Source of the DNA: the human T2T-CHM13v2.0 reference genome, Homo sapiens
Length of the DNA: 64,000 nt
Assembly (NCBI RefSeq): GCF_009914755.1
Contig: NC_060929.1
Reading direction: 5' to 3' (one strand)
Shown here: positions 13,258 through 24,936 of the stretch, piece by piece
How positions within the stretch are numbered: the stretch's first letter is position 1
How the letters are laid out: each line of letters opens with the position of its first letter
Notes under the pieces: model-generated
What the model was told of the DNA's origin: nothing
What the model saw: only the letters and a program-made list of their open reading frames with translations
The model's database searches: none
Made by a program: the position numbers and the translations under genes

Positions 13258-13463
13258 AATACTTCTAGAAGACACCTAAAGAAGTGAGATCCAAGAGATC
13301 AGAAAACAAATACTTCTAAAAGACACCTAGAGAAGTGAGATCTGAGAGATCAGAAAACAAATACTTCTAGAAGACACCTAAAGAAGTGAGATCCGAGAGA
13401 TCAGAAAACAAATACTTCTAGAAGACACCTAGAGAAGTGAGATCCGAGAGATCAGAAAACAAT
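13258..13463. repeat. Minisatellite, 51-bp unit x4
   Basis: Unit AATACTTCTAGAAGACACCTA(A/G)AGAAGTGAGATCCGAGAGATCAGAAAACA starting at 13258, 13309, 13360 and 13411. Confidence 0.95.
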
Positions 13464-13480
13464 TAGAAGATGCAGCCTCT

Positions 13481-13577
13481 AGAAAGAACGAAAGAGAGAA
13501 GGAAGGAAAGAAGGAAGGAAGGAAGGGAGGGAGGGAGGGAGGGAGGGAGGGAGGGGAGAGAAAGTGAGAGAGAGAGA

Positions 13578-13648
<71 letters not shown>

Positions 13649-13677
13649 AAGAAAAAGAAAGAAAGAAAAGAGGAAAA
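13481..13677. repeat. Polypurine simple-repeat tract (GGAA)n(GGGA)n(GA)n(GAAA)n
   Basis: ~197 nt with only two pyrimidines on the + strand. Confidence 0.95.
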
Positions 13678-13987
13678 CATCTCACCCAGCTTCTTGTGAT
13701 ATGGGGGAAATTTTCAACCCGATCTCTTGGATCTCAAGGGCCCATTGCCTCAAATAATATGGCCTAAGACACCAACAAATAGTTGTGGTTCCCAAATGAG
13801 AGTCTCTTGCATCTCAGCCTTAGCCACATGGCTATACAAAGCCTTTAGAAGTTTGATAACATCTTGAAAGCTATGAAAAGGAAAGAAAGACCCTGGCCCT
13901 TCGTCTCATCAGTAATGGATCATTCCCAGTATGACATGCAGAGGAACTAGTCTGCCACAGTGAGAGTGGTGGTTGGGTATACTGGAT

Positions 13988-14216
13988 GTGGCACTGTGGT
14001 GCAGTAAAAGTCACACAAGACTAGAAACCAGAAATCCTACAATCAATTCCCAGATAGATCAGAGATGTTGGGCAAGCCATAGCCTCTCTGAGCTTCAGCT
14101 GCAAGATGGGCTACTGCTATCTGTCCTACTAACTCACGAGGTTTTTTTGAAGATCAAATTAGCTCATGCATGTAAAAGTGCTTTGAAAACTACAAGGTTT
14201 TATACAAATGTTAGGA
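13988..14216 (+). mobile_element. MIR SINE
   Basis: ttgggcaag...ctctctgagcttcag core and gtaaaagtgctttgaaaact 3' part. Confidence 0.7.
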
Positions 14217-14544
14217 ACAAAAATTTGAGTCCAATCCCTTTCCTGTGCAGGTTGCCTTTTATGTAGCTTGATTTCTAACCAAAAACTAGAAGAATCATAT
14301 GCAAGGTAACTAGAATTATTTCTCTCTGTCCCAGTACTTGAATAAAACAGTAATCTTTGGATTTATTCTCCAAGAAGAACCCTATAGGTCAGACAAAACA
14401 CAAAGTGTAACAACAGCTTAAATATTTGAATCTCCAAACCCAATGCTTAGTAACTTTCAGCCTTCATCCTAGCAGGTATCTATGGGCCTCCCTCAATGAG
14501 ACAGGTCAGCAGCATGTTCTGCTTATCAGTGCCTGACTTCTTGC

Positions 14545-15505
14545 TCCTACACCTAGAAATTAACGTCAAATGATTTTCAGCCCAACCTAACTTCCCAAAC
14601 TGGTCTCCTGGTTCTAACCTTATCTTGGTTAATCCTGAAATTCTGTTTCACCTCTCCAAATCACCTCTGTTTATTTCTTCATGTTCACTTTTCATGTGCT
14701 AATTATGCTTTCTCCCTGCACTACACCCACATCTGTGGTCAACTCCCCTGGGGTTCCTTGTCTTGATAAGAAGCAGCACCATCTAGATAGTTTCCCAAGC
14801 CAGAAACCAGGATGCACCAAGCCCTGAAGCTCCAACTTCCTGATGATCTTTTCCATTTCCACTCTCTATTCTCCATTCTCACTGCTGCCACTCATGACAG
14901 CATCATGGCTTGCCCAGACCCCTGAGACAGCCTTATAACTATTCTATTTTAGTTCCTTCTATTTTCTGTACATAAAATGTACCTGACATGTCCTCCCTAG
15001 GAGCAACTCATCAATGGTTTCCTATTGCTCTGGGATGAAGTCTGACTTTTTATCATCACTTTAAAGGCCTCCATTTCTCTTCCATTCCCACTTGTCACCC
15101 TACACTGTACACTCTGCAGTATTTAACTTCTTCCAGGACTGACTTTACCTGTGCTGATTCTTCTGCCTTGAACACACTTAACTGCTCTTCTGCTCTCAGT
15201 CTTCCTCATATTGAGGTTTCAGTTTAATCACTTTCTCCAGGAAGTCTTTTCTAATCATCCCTTAGACTAGGTTAGGAGCTCCTCCCTCAAGCTTCAATAG
15301 GATTTGGTCTGCATGTATTTCCTTATCATAGGTGGTGCCTATGAATCACACCTTACTGGGTGAGTTGGGTTGCTTAGTTGTCTGTCCCTTTGAGTTGCTA
15401 CAAAATCCCTGATGATACGGCTAGATTCACCTTGCTCACCTAGCCACAGCTTGACACATAGGCAGTGTTCAATAACTATTCTGAAATGTTGGAATGAGTA
15501 AACCA
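14545..15505 (+). mobile_element. L2 LINE fragment
   Basis: Pyrimidine-rich L2 body ending gacacataggcagtgttcaataactatt...gaatgagtaaa; boundaries approximate. Confidence 0.6.
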
Positions 15506-15869
15506 ATATAAAATCTTCATCTATTTTTCCATTGTATTAACATCCTTGAAATCTGAATTAACACTCAACAGGGACAATTGTCTTCTGAAATTCACCAAAA
15601 GTAGTGCATGTAATACACTATCATATATAACATAAAAGTAGGGAGGTGGCTACTAAGTGAGAGTTTGAAATATTTCAAAAGCAAATTATGACTGTGAAAT
15701 GTTTATGATCTATGACAAAGGTTGACAGGGGAAGATGATAAGTCAACATTCAAGAAGGAAAATGACTGTGACTCTTTATATGTAAGAGAAATGCATTTGA
15801 ACTTCAGGTGGCCTCTGAGCACCTTTTATCAAAATCCATGTTAGGTTTGTTAAAGTAAAAGGTTGTCAC

Positions 15870-16000
15870 CTCGTCAGAGTGATCTGGAAGGAAACGTAGC
15901 CAGCAATGAATGAAGCCAACCTCGTCAGGCTCTGCTTTCCTGATCCGCCCACCCCGACCAGGAGGGCATTTCCCTGAGGAGTACGAATGACACGAGAGAT
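15870..16000 (-). CDS. DNAH5: DNAH5 coding exon (~exon 53), AAA4 Walker A
   Basis: 131 nt, tacag|...|gtgaca; [43 protein letters not shown](R). Confidence 0.96.
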
Positions 16001-16486
16001 CTGTAATATGGAACAGAAAAAGTATGTATCTTTCAACATGTAAATGTTCTATTTTTCCTATTTATTCAATATATGAATAAGGCCTAATTATTATTTTGGA
16101 AGATATAGGTGTCTCAAGATCAGACTGGAGACACACTGGTTGAAGGAATGAGGGCATTTCTGAAATAGAACAGTGTTGGGCTGCATCAGACGGGGTGGGA
16201 ACCGTGGGGTGTGCCTTTAGGAAGTAGGAGGACACCAGGGCAGAAAAGTCAACACACAGCCGAGACCGTGCTTGCTCTGGCTTTTAAAGGAGATATCTAT
16301 CTAAAGGGGACTTTGAGGATTCCTGTTAGTTGGTCTGACCTAATAGTGTATGACAGGAAGGAGAACAGAAATGTCAGAACAATGTCTACCCTTGGCATAC
16401 AGGGCATCGTCGTTGATGAGAATATCCTCCACATTTGAAAAGTGTTCAAATTTAAATTGAAGGGAAGAAAAACCCCCAAAATGAGG

Positions 16487-16838
16487 TGATATGGTTTGGC
16501 TGTGTCTCAACTCAAATCTGATCTTGAATTGTACTCCCATAATTCCCACATGTTGTGGTGGGGACCTGGTGGGAGATAATTGAATCAAGGTGGCGGCTTC
16601 CCCAACAGTGTTCCTGTGGTAGTGACTAAGTCTCATGAGATCTGATGGTTTTATCAGGGGTTTTCGCTTTTGCATCTTCCTCATTTTTTGTCTTGCCGCC
16701 GCCATGTAAGAAGTGCCTTTCGCCTCCCACCGTGATTCTGAGGCCTCTTCAGCCATGTGGAACTATAAGTCCAATTAAACCTTTTCCTTCCCAGTCTTGG
16801 GTATGTCTTTATCAGCAGCATGAAAACGAACTAATACA
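16487..16838 (+). mobile_element. THE1 (THE1B-like) solo LTR
   Basis: tgatatggtttggctgtgt...gaattgtactcccataattcccacatgttgtgg...cagcatgaaaacgaactaataca. Confidence 0.9.
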
Positions 16839-19800
16839 TATGGTATAGATGTTGGAATTTTAAAAAGAAAGAAAATGAGCATAAACACCCTCCTATTACT
16901 TGGCAAAGACAGTGATACCTAAGGTATCTACCAATAAGTGATTATAGATGGGTCAGGGGGGCCACTTCACACTGTTCAATAGCCCAAGACTATTCCACAG
17001 CCCCCTTGTGGCAGAAGTCCATGTTTATTTGGCTTTATTGGTGTTGAATGGACTAGTTACACCATCAGTCTTCCAAACCTACCTAGGAGAGATGGGAATA
17101 AAATTCCCCTTGATGTTCTTTATACCTTATGCAAGAACTGTTTCTCTTTCCCTCCTAACTGCATTTTGAGCCTAGGGGTATCACTGCGATGTCCATCTTT
17201 CTTAGAAGAATGATAGAGGCTGGGCAGGGACTGGAAGGGGTCACTTCTCCACAGCCAGGGAAGCTTCCTGAAGTCACTGGGGCTCTGCATTCTGCCAAGT
17301 TTTTGTTAAACATCCTTTCTCAGAATTCCCTCACTAGCTGCAGTGCATTCTATTCCTGTTGAAAATATGCCTGGTTTTGAATTACTTTCCCCAGTTTAGT
17401 GTGAACCTGGGGAAAAGGAGAACATATTTTCCATCTCTATGTGGACCTGAGAACCTGCAGGACTGGTAGGTGCATATGCCCTGTTTTTCCAGCCTCCTGC
17501 TTGTCCCCTCTATGTGGTTCTCGCCAAAGTCATTGTGGGTGGAGGTGGTCACACATGCCTCTTCAGATCTTCCCCTGACACAGCTTCAAGAGGCACAGAC
17601 GGTGGGTAAGAAGCTACTGGAAGCCACACTAGAACATTCTGTGTCTTTCCTTGGTTGCCACTTTTCAACCATCATCATTTCCTTTGATGTAGGTGGATAT
17701 ATCAAGATGTTGTTAATTAGGTATTAAGGAATCTTCATCCCAAAACCTTTACTTGGAACTGGGCCAAGGTCTTACATTAAAACACATGGTAAACCCTCAA
17801 AACATATCTGACAAAGGAACAGATACATGAACAGAGAAGGCTTGCAAAGCAGACTCAAAACCTCATAATCTAGTTAAATCCAGTGAGACCCTCAAATAGG
17901 GCTATTTTGTCCTGTTATATACAGATTGTGAGGTGGAGGTATGCGTTTTTAATTTCATCAGCAAGTACTCAAAAATGAATAATGTCCACCCTGCCCCTCA
18001 GGAGCTCACGCTGGAACAGGGGACAGAGGCTGGGGTCATGAGCCATGGTGAGCACTGGCACAGAGACAGGAGTGATGGCAACCAGAGAAAAGAATGCTGG
18101 GGAAACATCCCCGCCTGGGTGAGGTATGTCTTAGGTGCAGAGCTGGACTTAGACTTGGATGACTAGAAGTACATCACACAAAGAAGGTGGTATGCCAGGC
18201 ATGAGCTGAGCTACCTTTAAAGAAGGAGTGAGACACACAGTATCTCAGAATTAGCAAAAGGCCTGAAGTGCCCCCTGGGGTGAGAACTTCAGTATGAGGT
18301 ATGGAAATATCAGGATATAAGGCAGCAAAGGATTGTTTAGGGCTTATTTGGGGGACTTGATTAAATTCCAGACAATGTATCCAGATTCTCTGTGTGGTTC
18401 TCAGCAGTGGTCCATCCTGTCAAGACTGAGGTCACTAAGACGGGAACCCACCCTCCTAGAGCCTAGTCTTCTGATAGGGAGACAAACACACAGATAAACT
18501 TTCCACAAGGTAGTATATGGGTGGGGAATACACATGGGGGAGGCGCTCCAGGATCATGATTTGTTTACCCATAAGCAGCCCGTTGTTCTGGATCACACAC
18601 CAGGCAGAGCATGACTCGGGAGGCTGGCTGGTAAGCAGGAACTAGATCATGCAAAACCATATACACCATGGTTTGAACTTTCACCAAAGAGACAAAAGAG
18701 GTATCACACAGATACACTGTACTGAAAGAAAATTGAGTTTCTAACTAAGAAAGGAACTAAGAAATAGGCTTGGTCTCATATCATATCCTGTTTTGCTGCA
18801 GTTTTTGTCTGCAGTTCTTACTCTTGGCTTCTATCGTGCCTTGTAACTAGGCCACGTATTTCAAGGCTCACAGCAGCATGACACAGAGCGTGGAAGCGCT
18901 GTGCACAGAAAATGAGAGAAGACAGGGCCAGCCGGGAAGTGGAGAGGAATGCAACATTTTAGCTCAAAAACTCTAGTCACGGATTCTTCAGCCAATTCCA
19001 GAGCAGACAGACAAGAGGCAGAGAGTGAGAGAAAACACCAGCGAGGCCCCAGCACCGAGGCATTCACACCTCCAACATCACACCCAAAGTGTTTCAAGAA
19101 AGCCTCCTCACTCATCATCTGGGCTGCGAATCATGGAGAAAACGGCAGTTCTAGTGAACTTGCTCAAGCACGACACTTAACATAAATAACTGCATCTTCA
19201 ACTTGAGCTATGAAATCCCAGGTCATTCAGATTCTGTCTCCAGCAGGCAGGCTATTTGTCATGAAATTGCCTTTGGTAATACTCATTTGGAAAATATATT
19301 TTCCTTTCCTTTTTCTTCCTTTTAATTATTAAAAATGACAGAATGTTTATTCTTCCTGAAACAACTCTTAATCAACTATAAATTAAGAGCGAATTTCAAA
19401 ATGTTATTTATAGTTGGCTTTGGAAGAATATTTGAGCTCATAATTCGGTACAGATGCCTCAGATTCTGAGAATCCACAGAGTTGCCAAGCCAAGTGCCCT
19501 CGTGCTGGGGAGACCCAACTCCTGAGCAGCCTCTCTGTCTTCCTCCCTCTCTCTGACTTACTCCAGCCTTGCAGAAATGCTTTTCTTTCTTGCAGGGAAA
19601 AGGAGCAGGTAATCCCTATTTTCAGAGGAATGGTTGACTAGATAACCTCTAAAACCCCCTCCGTTTGTAGATTCAGTAATTTTTAGAGGTGACAATTTGT
19701 AATTGTGCAGTGGTTCCTCACGGTGGAACCTAAATCATGGAAGACAGTGTCGAATCATTTTCTTTCTAACTAAAAGGATGTAGTCCGGAAAAGTAGTTGA

Positions 19801-19958
19801 TATCAACAAAGTGAGAATATCAACAATGGATTTTTACATGGCATTTTCTTGCACTGTAGATAAATTAAGTCACATAAGTTTTCAAATAAAATAATATATT
19901 CTACTTCCAACCTTTGAGGATCAACTGTCCTAAAAATGGATACGGTAATGACTCATAT

Positions 19959-20431
19959 CAGCAGTCCCTAACCTTTTTGGCACCAGGGACCAGTATTGTG
20001 GAAGACAATTTTTCCACGGATGGGACGGGGCTGAGTGATGGTTTTGGAATGATTCAAGCGCATTACATTTATTGTGCACTTGATTTCTATTATTATTACA
20101 TTGTAATATACTATGAAATAATTATATAGCTCGCCATAATGTAGAATCAGTGGGTGCCCTGAGCTTGTCTTCCTACAACTAGATGGTCCCATCTGAGGGT
20201 GATGGGAGACAGTGACAGATCATCAGGCATTCCATTCTCATAAGGAGCGTGCAACTAGATCCTTCACATGAGCATTCACAACAGGGTTCGGGCTCCTATG
20301 AAAATCTAATGCCACTGGAGGCAGAACTTGGCTTTGCATGTTCACCTGCTGCTCACCTCCTGCTGTGCAGCCCTGCTCCTAACAGGCCACAGACACATAC
20401 TGGTCTGCGGCCCCGGGGCTGGGAACCCCTT
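19959..20431 (+). mobile_element. MER1A (hAT-Charlie)
   Basis: cagcagtccctaacctttttggcaccagggacc...gaagacaatttttccacgg...ggggctgggaacccct; flanked by a CTCATAT direct repeat. Confidence 0.85.
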
Positions 20432-20522
20432 CTCATATGACAAACTAGAATAGAAATTATACTTTCATGGTGGATTTCATTCTAACAGAATTTTCATCTC
20501 AAAGTCAACTGTTTATACACTA

Positions 20523-20870
20523 TTTTTAAATTATTGTTTCTAATCATGGTAAAATACACATAATCTAAAATTTACCACTGTAACCACTAAGTATATTGTT
20601 CAATATCATTAAGTACATTTACATTGTTGTGCAACTATCAGCACCACTGATCTCCACAATGCTTTTCATCTTGCAAAACTAAAACTCTGTACCCATTTAA
20701 CACTAACTCCCCAATCGTCTCTCCACCCAACCCTGGAATTCTCCATTCTACTTTTTGTCTCTGATTTTGGCTACACTGGGGATTTATATGAGTAGAATTA
20801 TACAGTATTTACCCTTCTGAGTCTGGCTTACTCCACATAACATAATGTCCTCAAGGCTTATGTACTATTT
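20523..20870 (-). mobile_element. L1M(A/B) 3'-end fragment
   Basis: Reverse L1M 3'UTR motifs (gtaaaatacacataa...acattgttgtgcaac...ttttcatcttgcaaaactaaaactctgtaccc). Confidence 0.75.
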
Positions 20871-21220
20871 TTTTATAGGATATTCTTTGCATGATACAAA
20901 AAGATGTAGACTTTGCCTGTGCTCTGAACTCAGATGTCAACCATATTCATCCTCCGTGGTGAAAGCACTGAGCTGGAAGCCATATAGAAACACTGAATAA
21001 AATTATCACATCACACATTTAAAGTACACAGGCTCTTATTTCAAGTCTATAAGGTGCGACATGTTGCATTCAGCTTAGAAATTAAATTGGAATATAGCAT
21101 GGAGTCTAATTTTAAACTGAAGATTCTCCTAGGAAATGAAAATAAGAGAGGGAGAGGACCATGGTGTGAAGCCAAATGTCTGTCACCTCCACAAGGCACT
21201 ACTCAGAGTGGCTACTGTAC

Positions 21221-21393
21221 CTTGACTAAGTGAACCATGGCATCTGCAAAGAACACCATGTCCATGCCGGCGCCACGGATGCTCTCATTATAGAGCTGCA
21301 GGAACATATTCAGACGCTCTTTTAGGTGACTAAAAGATTCAATTGGCTCATAAATTTTAGGTGTTTCAGCATCAGCCTCTTCAGATGTTTCAC
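21221..21393 (-). CDS. DNAH5: DNAH5 coding exon (~exon 52)
   Basis: 173 nt, caaag|...|gtacag; (G)[57 protein letters not shown]. Confidence 0.95.
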
Positions 21394-22021
21394 CTTTGGT
21401 GGGAAATAAGAATCAGTTAAGTTTCTGCAAATACCTGCATTTTACTTCAATCTAAATTAATACACTCAAAGCTCTACAACCTAACACTGAATAACATTCA
21501 TTTTAAGCTAAATGCCATAGTGTGTATTTTGCAAAAACAGAAGACAACAATAGAAGCGTTAGGATTTTTGTGATCATATGCAGTCTTTGTTGTTTCCTAT
21601 CCAGCAAGAGTCAATTTCAAATAATATTATCGTCATTGAATTGAATTTGAACCCACAACTGATTATTGGCATTTCAAAGGTCCTCCCAGATATATTAGCT
21701 TAATGGTCAAGTGCTGAATGTCAGAATCAGCAAGGGAGGTCAAGAATTACAAAACTGTTTGATAAGAATAAAAAGAAAAAGGTTATTGCATTTACTCAGG
21801 AAATTTTTATAATTCATGAATCTCAGGTCAGTGGTAAAAATAGAAGTGAATTAGAATATGGGGTGGAGGGTTGAGAGAAATAGAAAAATAATTTCCAAAA
21901 TGAATAAGCATATTCGATTATTTCACTAGGGCAAGATGTATTAAAATCAATATACTTTTTTAAAAAATTAGAAACATATAATATACCAGCTTAACACTTT
22001 TCCAGTGTTAACTACAAAGCA

Positions 22022-22258
22022 GAGGCCAAGATGGGCAGATCACTTGAGGTCAGGAGTTCAAGACCAGCCTGACCAACATGGTGAAACCCCATCTCTACTA
22101 AAATTACAGAAATTAGCTAGGCCTGGTGGTGTGTGCCTGTAGTCCCAGCTACTCGGGAGGCTGAGGCAGGAGAATCGCCAGGAGGCCGAGGTTGCCATAA
22201 GCCAAGCCTGCATCCAGCCTGGGAAACAGAGCGAGACTCTGTTTCAAAAAAAAAAAAA
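22022..22258 (+). mobile_element. 5'-truncated Alu with small internal deletions
   Basis: gaggccaagatgggcagatcacttgaggtcaggagttc...gagactctgtttc(A)n. Confidence 0.9.
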
Positions 22259-23756
22259 GGATAATGCCCAAGAAAAAGCTAAATTGGGCACCTATAAATT
22301 CACAATCAATTAACATTAGTAATAGGGAAAAAAGGGACACATTAGTTGAATATACCAATAACGACTTAGAATTTCACTGGGTACGAGAAGAATGAGTGGG
22401 TCTTTCTAACCTTATAGTACATAATTATTTTCAATTGACTGTGTCCTAACATAATAGTATGTTAATCTTTTTATAACAAATGAGATTGGTTTAACACAAT
22501 CATGAAGATTGACCTATCTGCAAAGCTCTCACTAATCAAATTCCAGTAGTCACAATTCTCATAAATGCCCAAATCAAGCTTTGAGAAATAGTGTTTCAAT
22601 GACACAAAAGGTTATGCATTTGTCTCTAGACCCTCCCCCGGCCCCCAAAATGCAGCAGTTGTGCTTTGGTCCTTGAAAATCATAATCTGATTATTTATCC
22701 TTCTGAATTACAGGGAATAAATTACATACATTTTAATTACCTTGTAAGATGCCCTTACTCTTACAGGATTTTTGTATGTGTTTGACCTGATTAAAATAAA
22801 ATGTGTCAGCTTCTTTCTGCAGAAGGATCATTCCAATTGCATCTCCAGAAATAAACATTATTTTGCAATTGTCACTCAGAAACTTTTGATAGTTCACATT
22901 TACAGTTATCAAATCTAGAGAAGCACTGCCTAGTCATTTCCAATCATTTTCAAGATATACTTAGCATGTTTTTAAACATGCTTTTAAAAATCTGCAAATT
23001 AACTTAAAATCCATCCTCAGTATTAGAAGAGGTTAAATGAAAGAAAAATATTTTTAACTAAGCCTAGTTACTTCTGAGGGGAAAAAAAGTGGAGCACTGC
23101 CTCTTTTCATAAGAAAAGTCATATATCTCAATTTCCCCTGGAACCATAATCACAAAAGCTTGCCCCACATCAGCCATCTCATTCCAATTACATTTAATGA
23201 CCCTCTCATACAATTGGAAGTTTTCCTTTTTATTTTCAACATTCAGGATGACCTGAATAATAATAAGTATCATTATATTTGCTGCCTTTCATTTAGCAGT
23301 GACTACAGGCCATAGACTGCCCAAGCCATTCTACAGATAACATTTCATGGACTCCCCACGGTGCATGTGATGCACATAGTAATACTTTCATTTTTATGAA
23401 TGAGGTTCAAGAGAGTGCCGAGATGCCCAGCTAACTAATGTGTGGTGGATTCCTTCCTCAAACTCACCTCTGTCTGCCAGACTGCAAGTCCTGTGCACTC
23501 TCTCCTACCGAATCCTGCCCCCCAACTCTACTTTAATATCCAAGCGTGATATGCATAAACTAGTTCGTCTTTAAACTCCATGATAATGCATTAATTCACT
23601 CATCCTAGTTTTATTGAGCATCTACTGTGTCTCAGGCTTGTATCAATAAAGTTTACTAGAAAGAAACTCAACATCCATAAACTGAATCTTCTGTCTTCAG
23701 ATTTCCCTTTAGGGAACACCTTTTGGGGAATTCCAAATTCCACTTCAATAGTTTAC

Positions 23757-23955
23757 CTGCAGCTTCAGGTGCATCTCTCAAGAAATCCACAAAATATGTG
23801 TCAATTCCACAATCCACAAAGAGTTTTTTCTCTTCACCAAACTCCTCCTCTACCAAACTTACTAAAGCCTTATCAAACCAGGTCACATCACTGGACACTG
23901 TGAAACGGTCAGCTATAACACGTTTACACTCATGCTTCCACAGCTTTAACAGATC
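23757..23955 (-). CDS. DNAH5: DNAH5 coding exon (~exon 51)
   Basis: 199 nt, aacag|...|gtaaac; [18 protein letters not shown]...[26 protein letters not shown]. Confidence 0.96.
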
Positions 23956-24936
23956 CTGTTGAAAGTATAATTAAAATGTGTTAGTAATTCCTGTTATGCC
24001 GTAATTGGGAATTCAGGTTGACAGTACTGTAGAGTATTATCCTTCCTGATTTAAGATTCAACATTTTAAAAAGTTAGGGTTCAAATATGCTCAACTTCAC
24101 TTCAAATTGTCCTCATTCAAGTATATTAAATAGAAAGTAGTCTATTTATTTGCAGTCTCTGAAGTAAGAAGAAAAAATCCTCCAACAATAATATTGAAAA
24201 TTGCTCTGACCAATCAACAAACTAATATTCTACGTAAAAGTCTTCAGTTTGTAATAAATTAGTCTTTTTAATAAGACATCTATATTCATGTGGCCAGAGT
24301 ATAACATAAGATACAGAATATGAACAACTCTCATGTATACAACTGAAAAATTACAAAGGTGTATTCACTTAACACAAAGTGAATAAAATTTGTGGCAAAA
24401 ACTGGATTATCTGAACAAAAAAAAGCAAGCACCTAATCCAGATAATCCAAGGTCCAAGGTTAACTGAAAGTTGAGGAAATTAATTGCTCAATACTCCTGT
24501 TTATATAGCAAGAATAACAAATGTATGTAAGCAAGAATAACAAATGTATGTGTAAGCTTATTATTTGATATGAAAGACTGGTGGAAATTTCTTAGCTTCG
24601 TAACATTTTTCAGGTTACAGATTTTTAAGCCATTGCATTACTAATGATAGAATGCTATCTGGTTGCCTGAATATAAAAGGAGTTGAATGAAGTATATTCA
24701 ATGATTCAGTTAAGACAAAAGTTTATGATGACATCAATTGCTGGAATTGTTTGTGCTGATTTAAAATAAGCATCAAAAATGGCTATTTCAATAGTAATCT
24801 TTGAAAACTGACTTCAACAATTCCATTGACTTGTAAATAACTTTGAGGGAAAAAAATCAAGTTAAAATATTCACGCCGCTAAACTGACTCTCACTTCTCT
24901 GCAGGAAGGAAAGTGAGTTTTCCCCAAAATATCATT

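Noticed and set aside
13258-13463. Regularly spaced direct repeats resembling a CRISPR array
   Set aside because: Units are head-to-tail with no unique spacers and no cas genes, in a primate intron; it is a minisatellite
13429-13767. Overlapping low-complexity ORFs (F/S/L-rich and K/E/R-rich)
   Set aside because: Translations of the polypurine simple repeat
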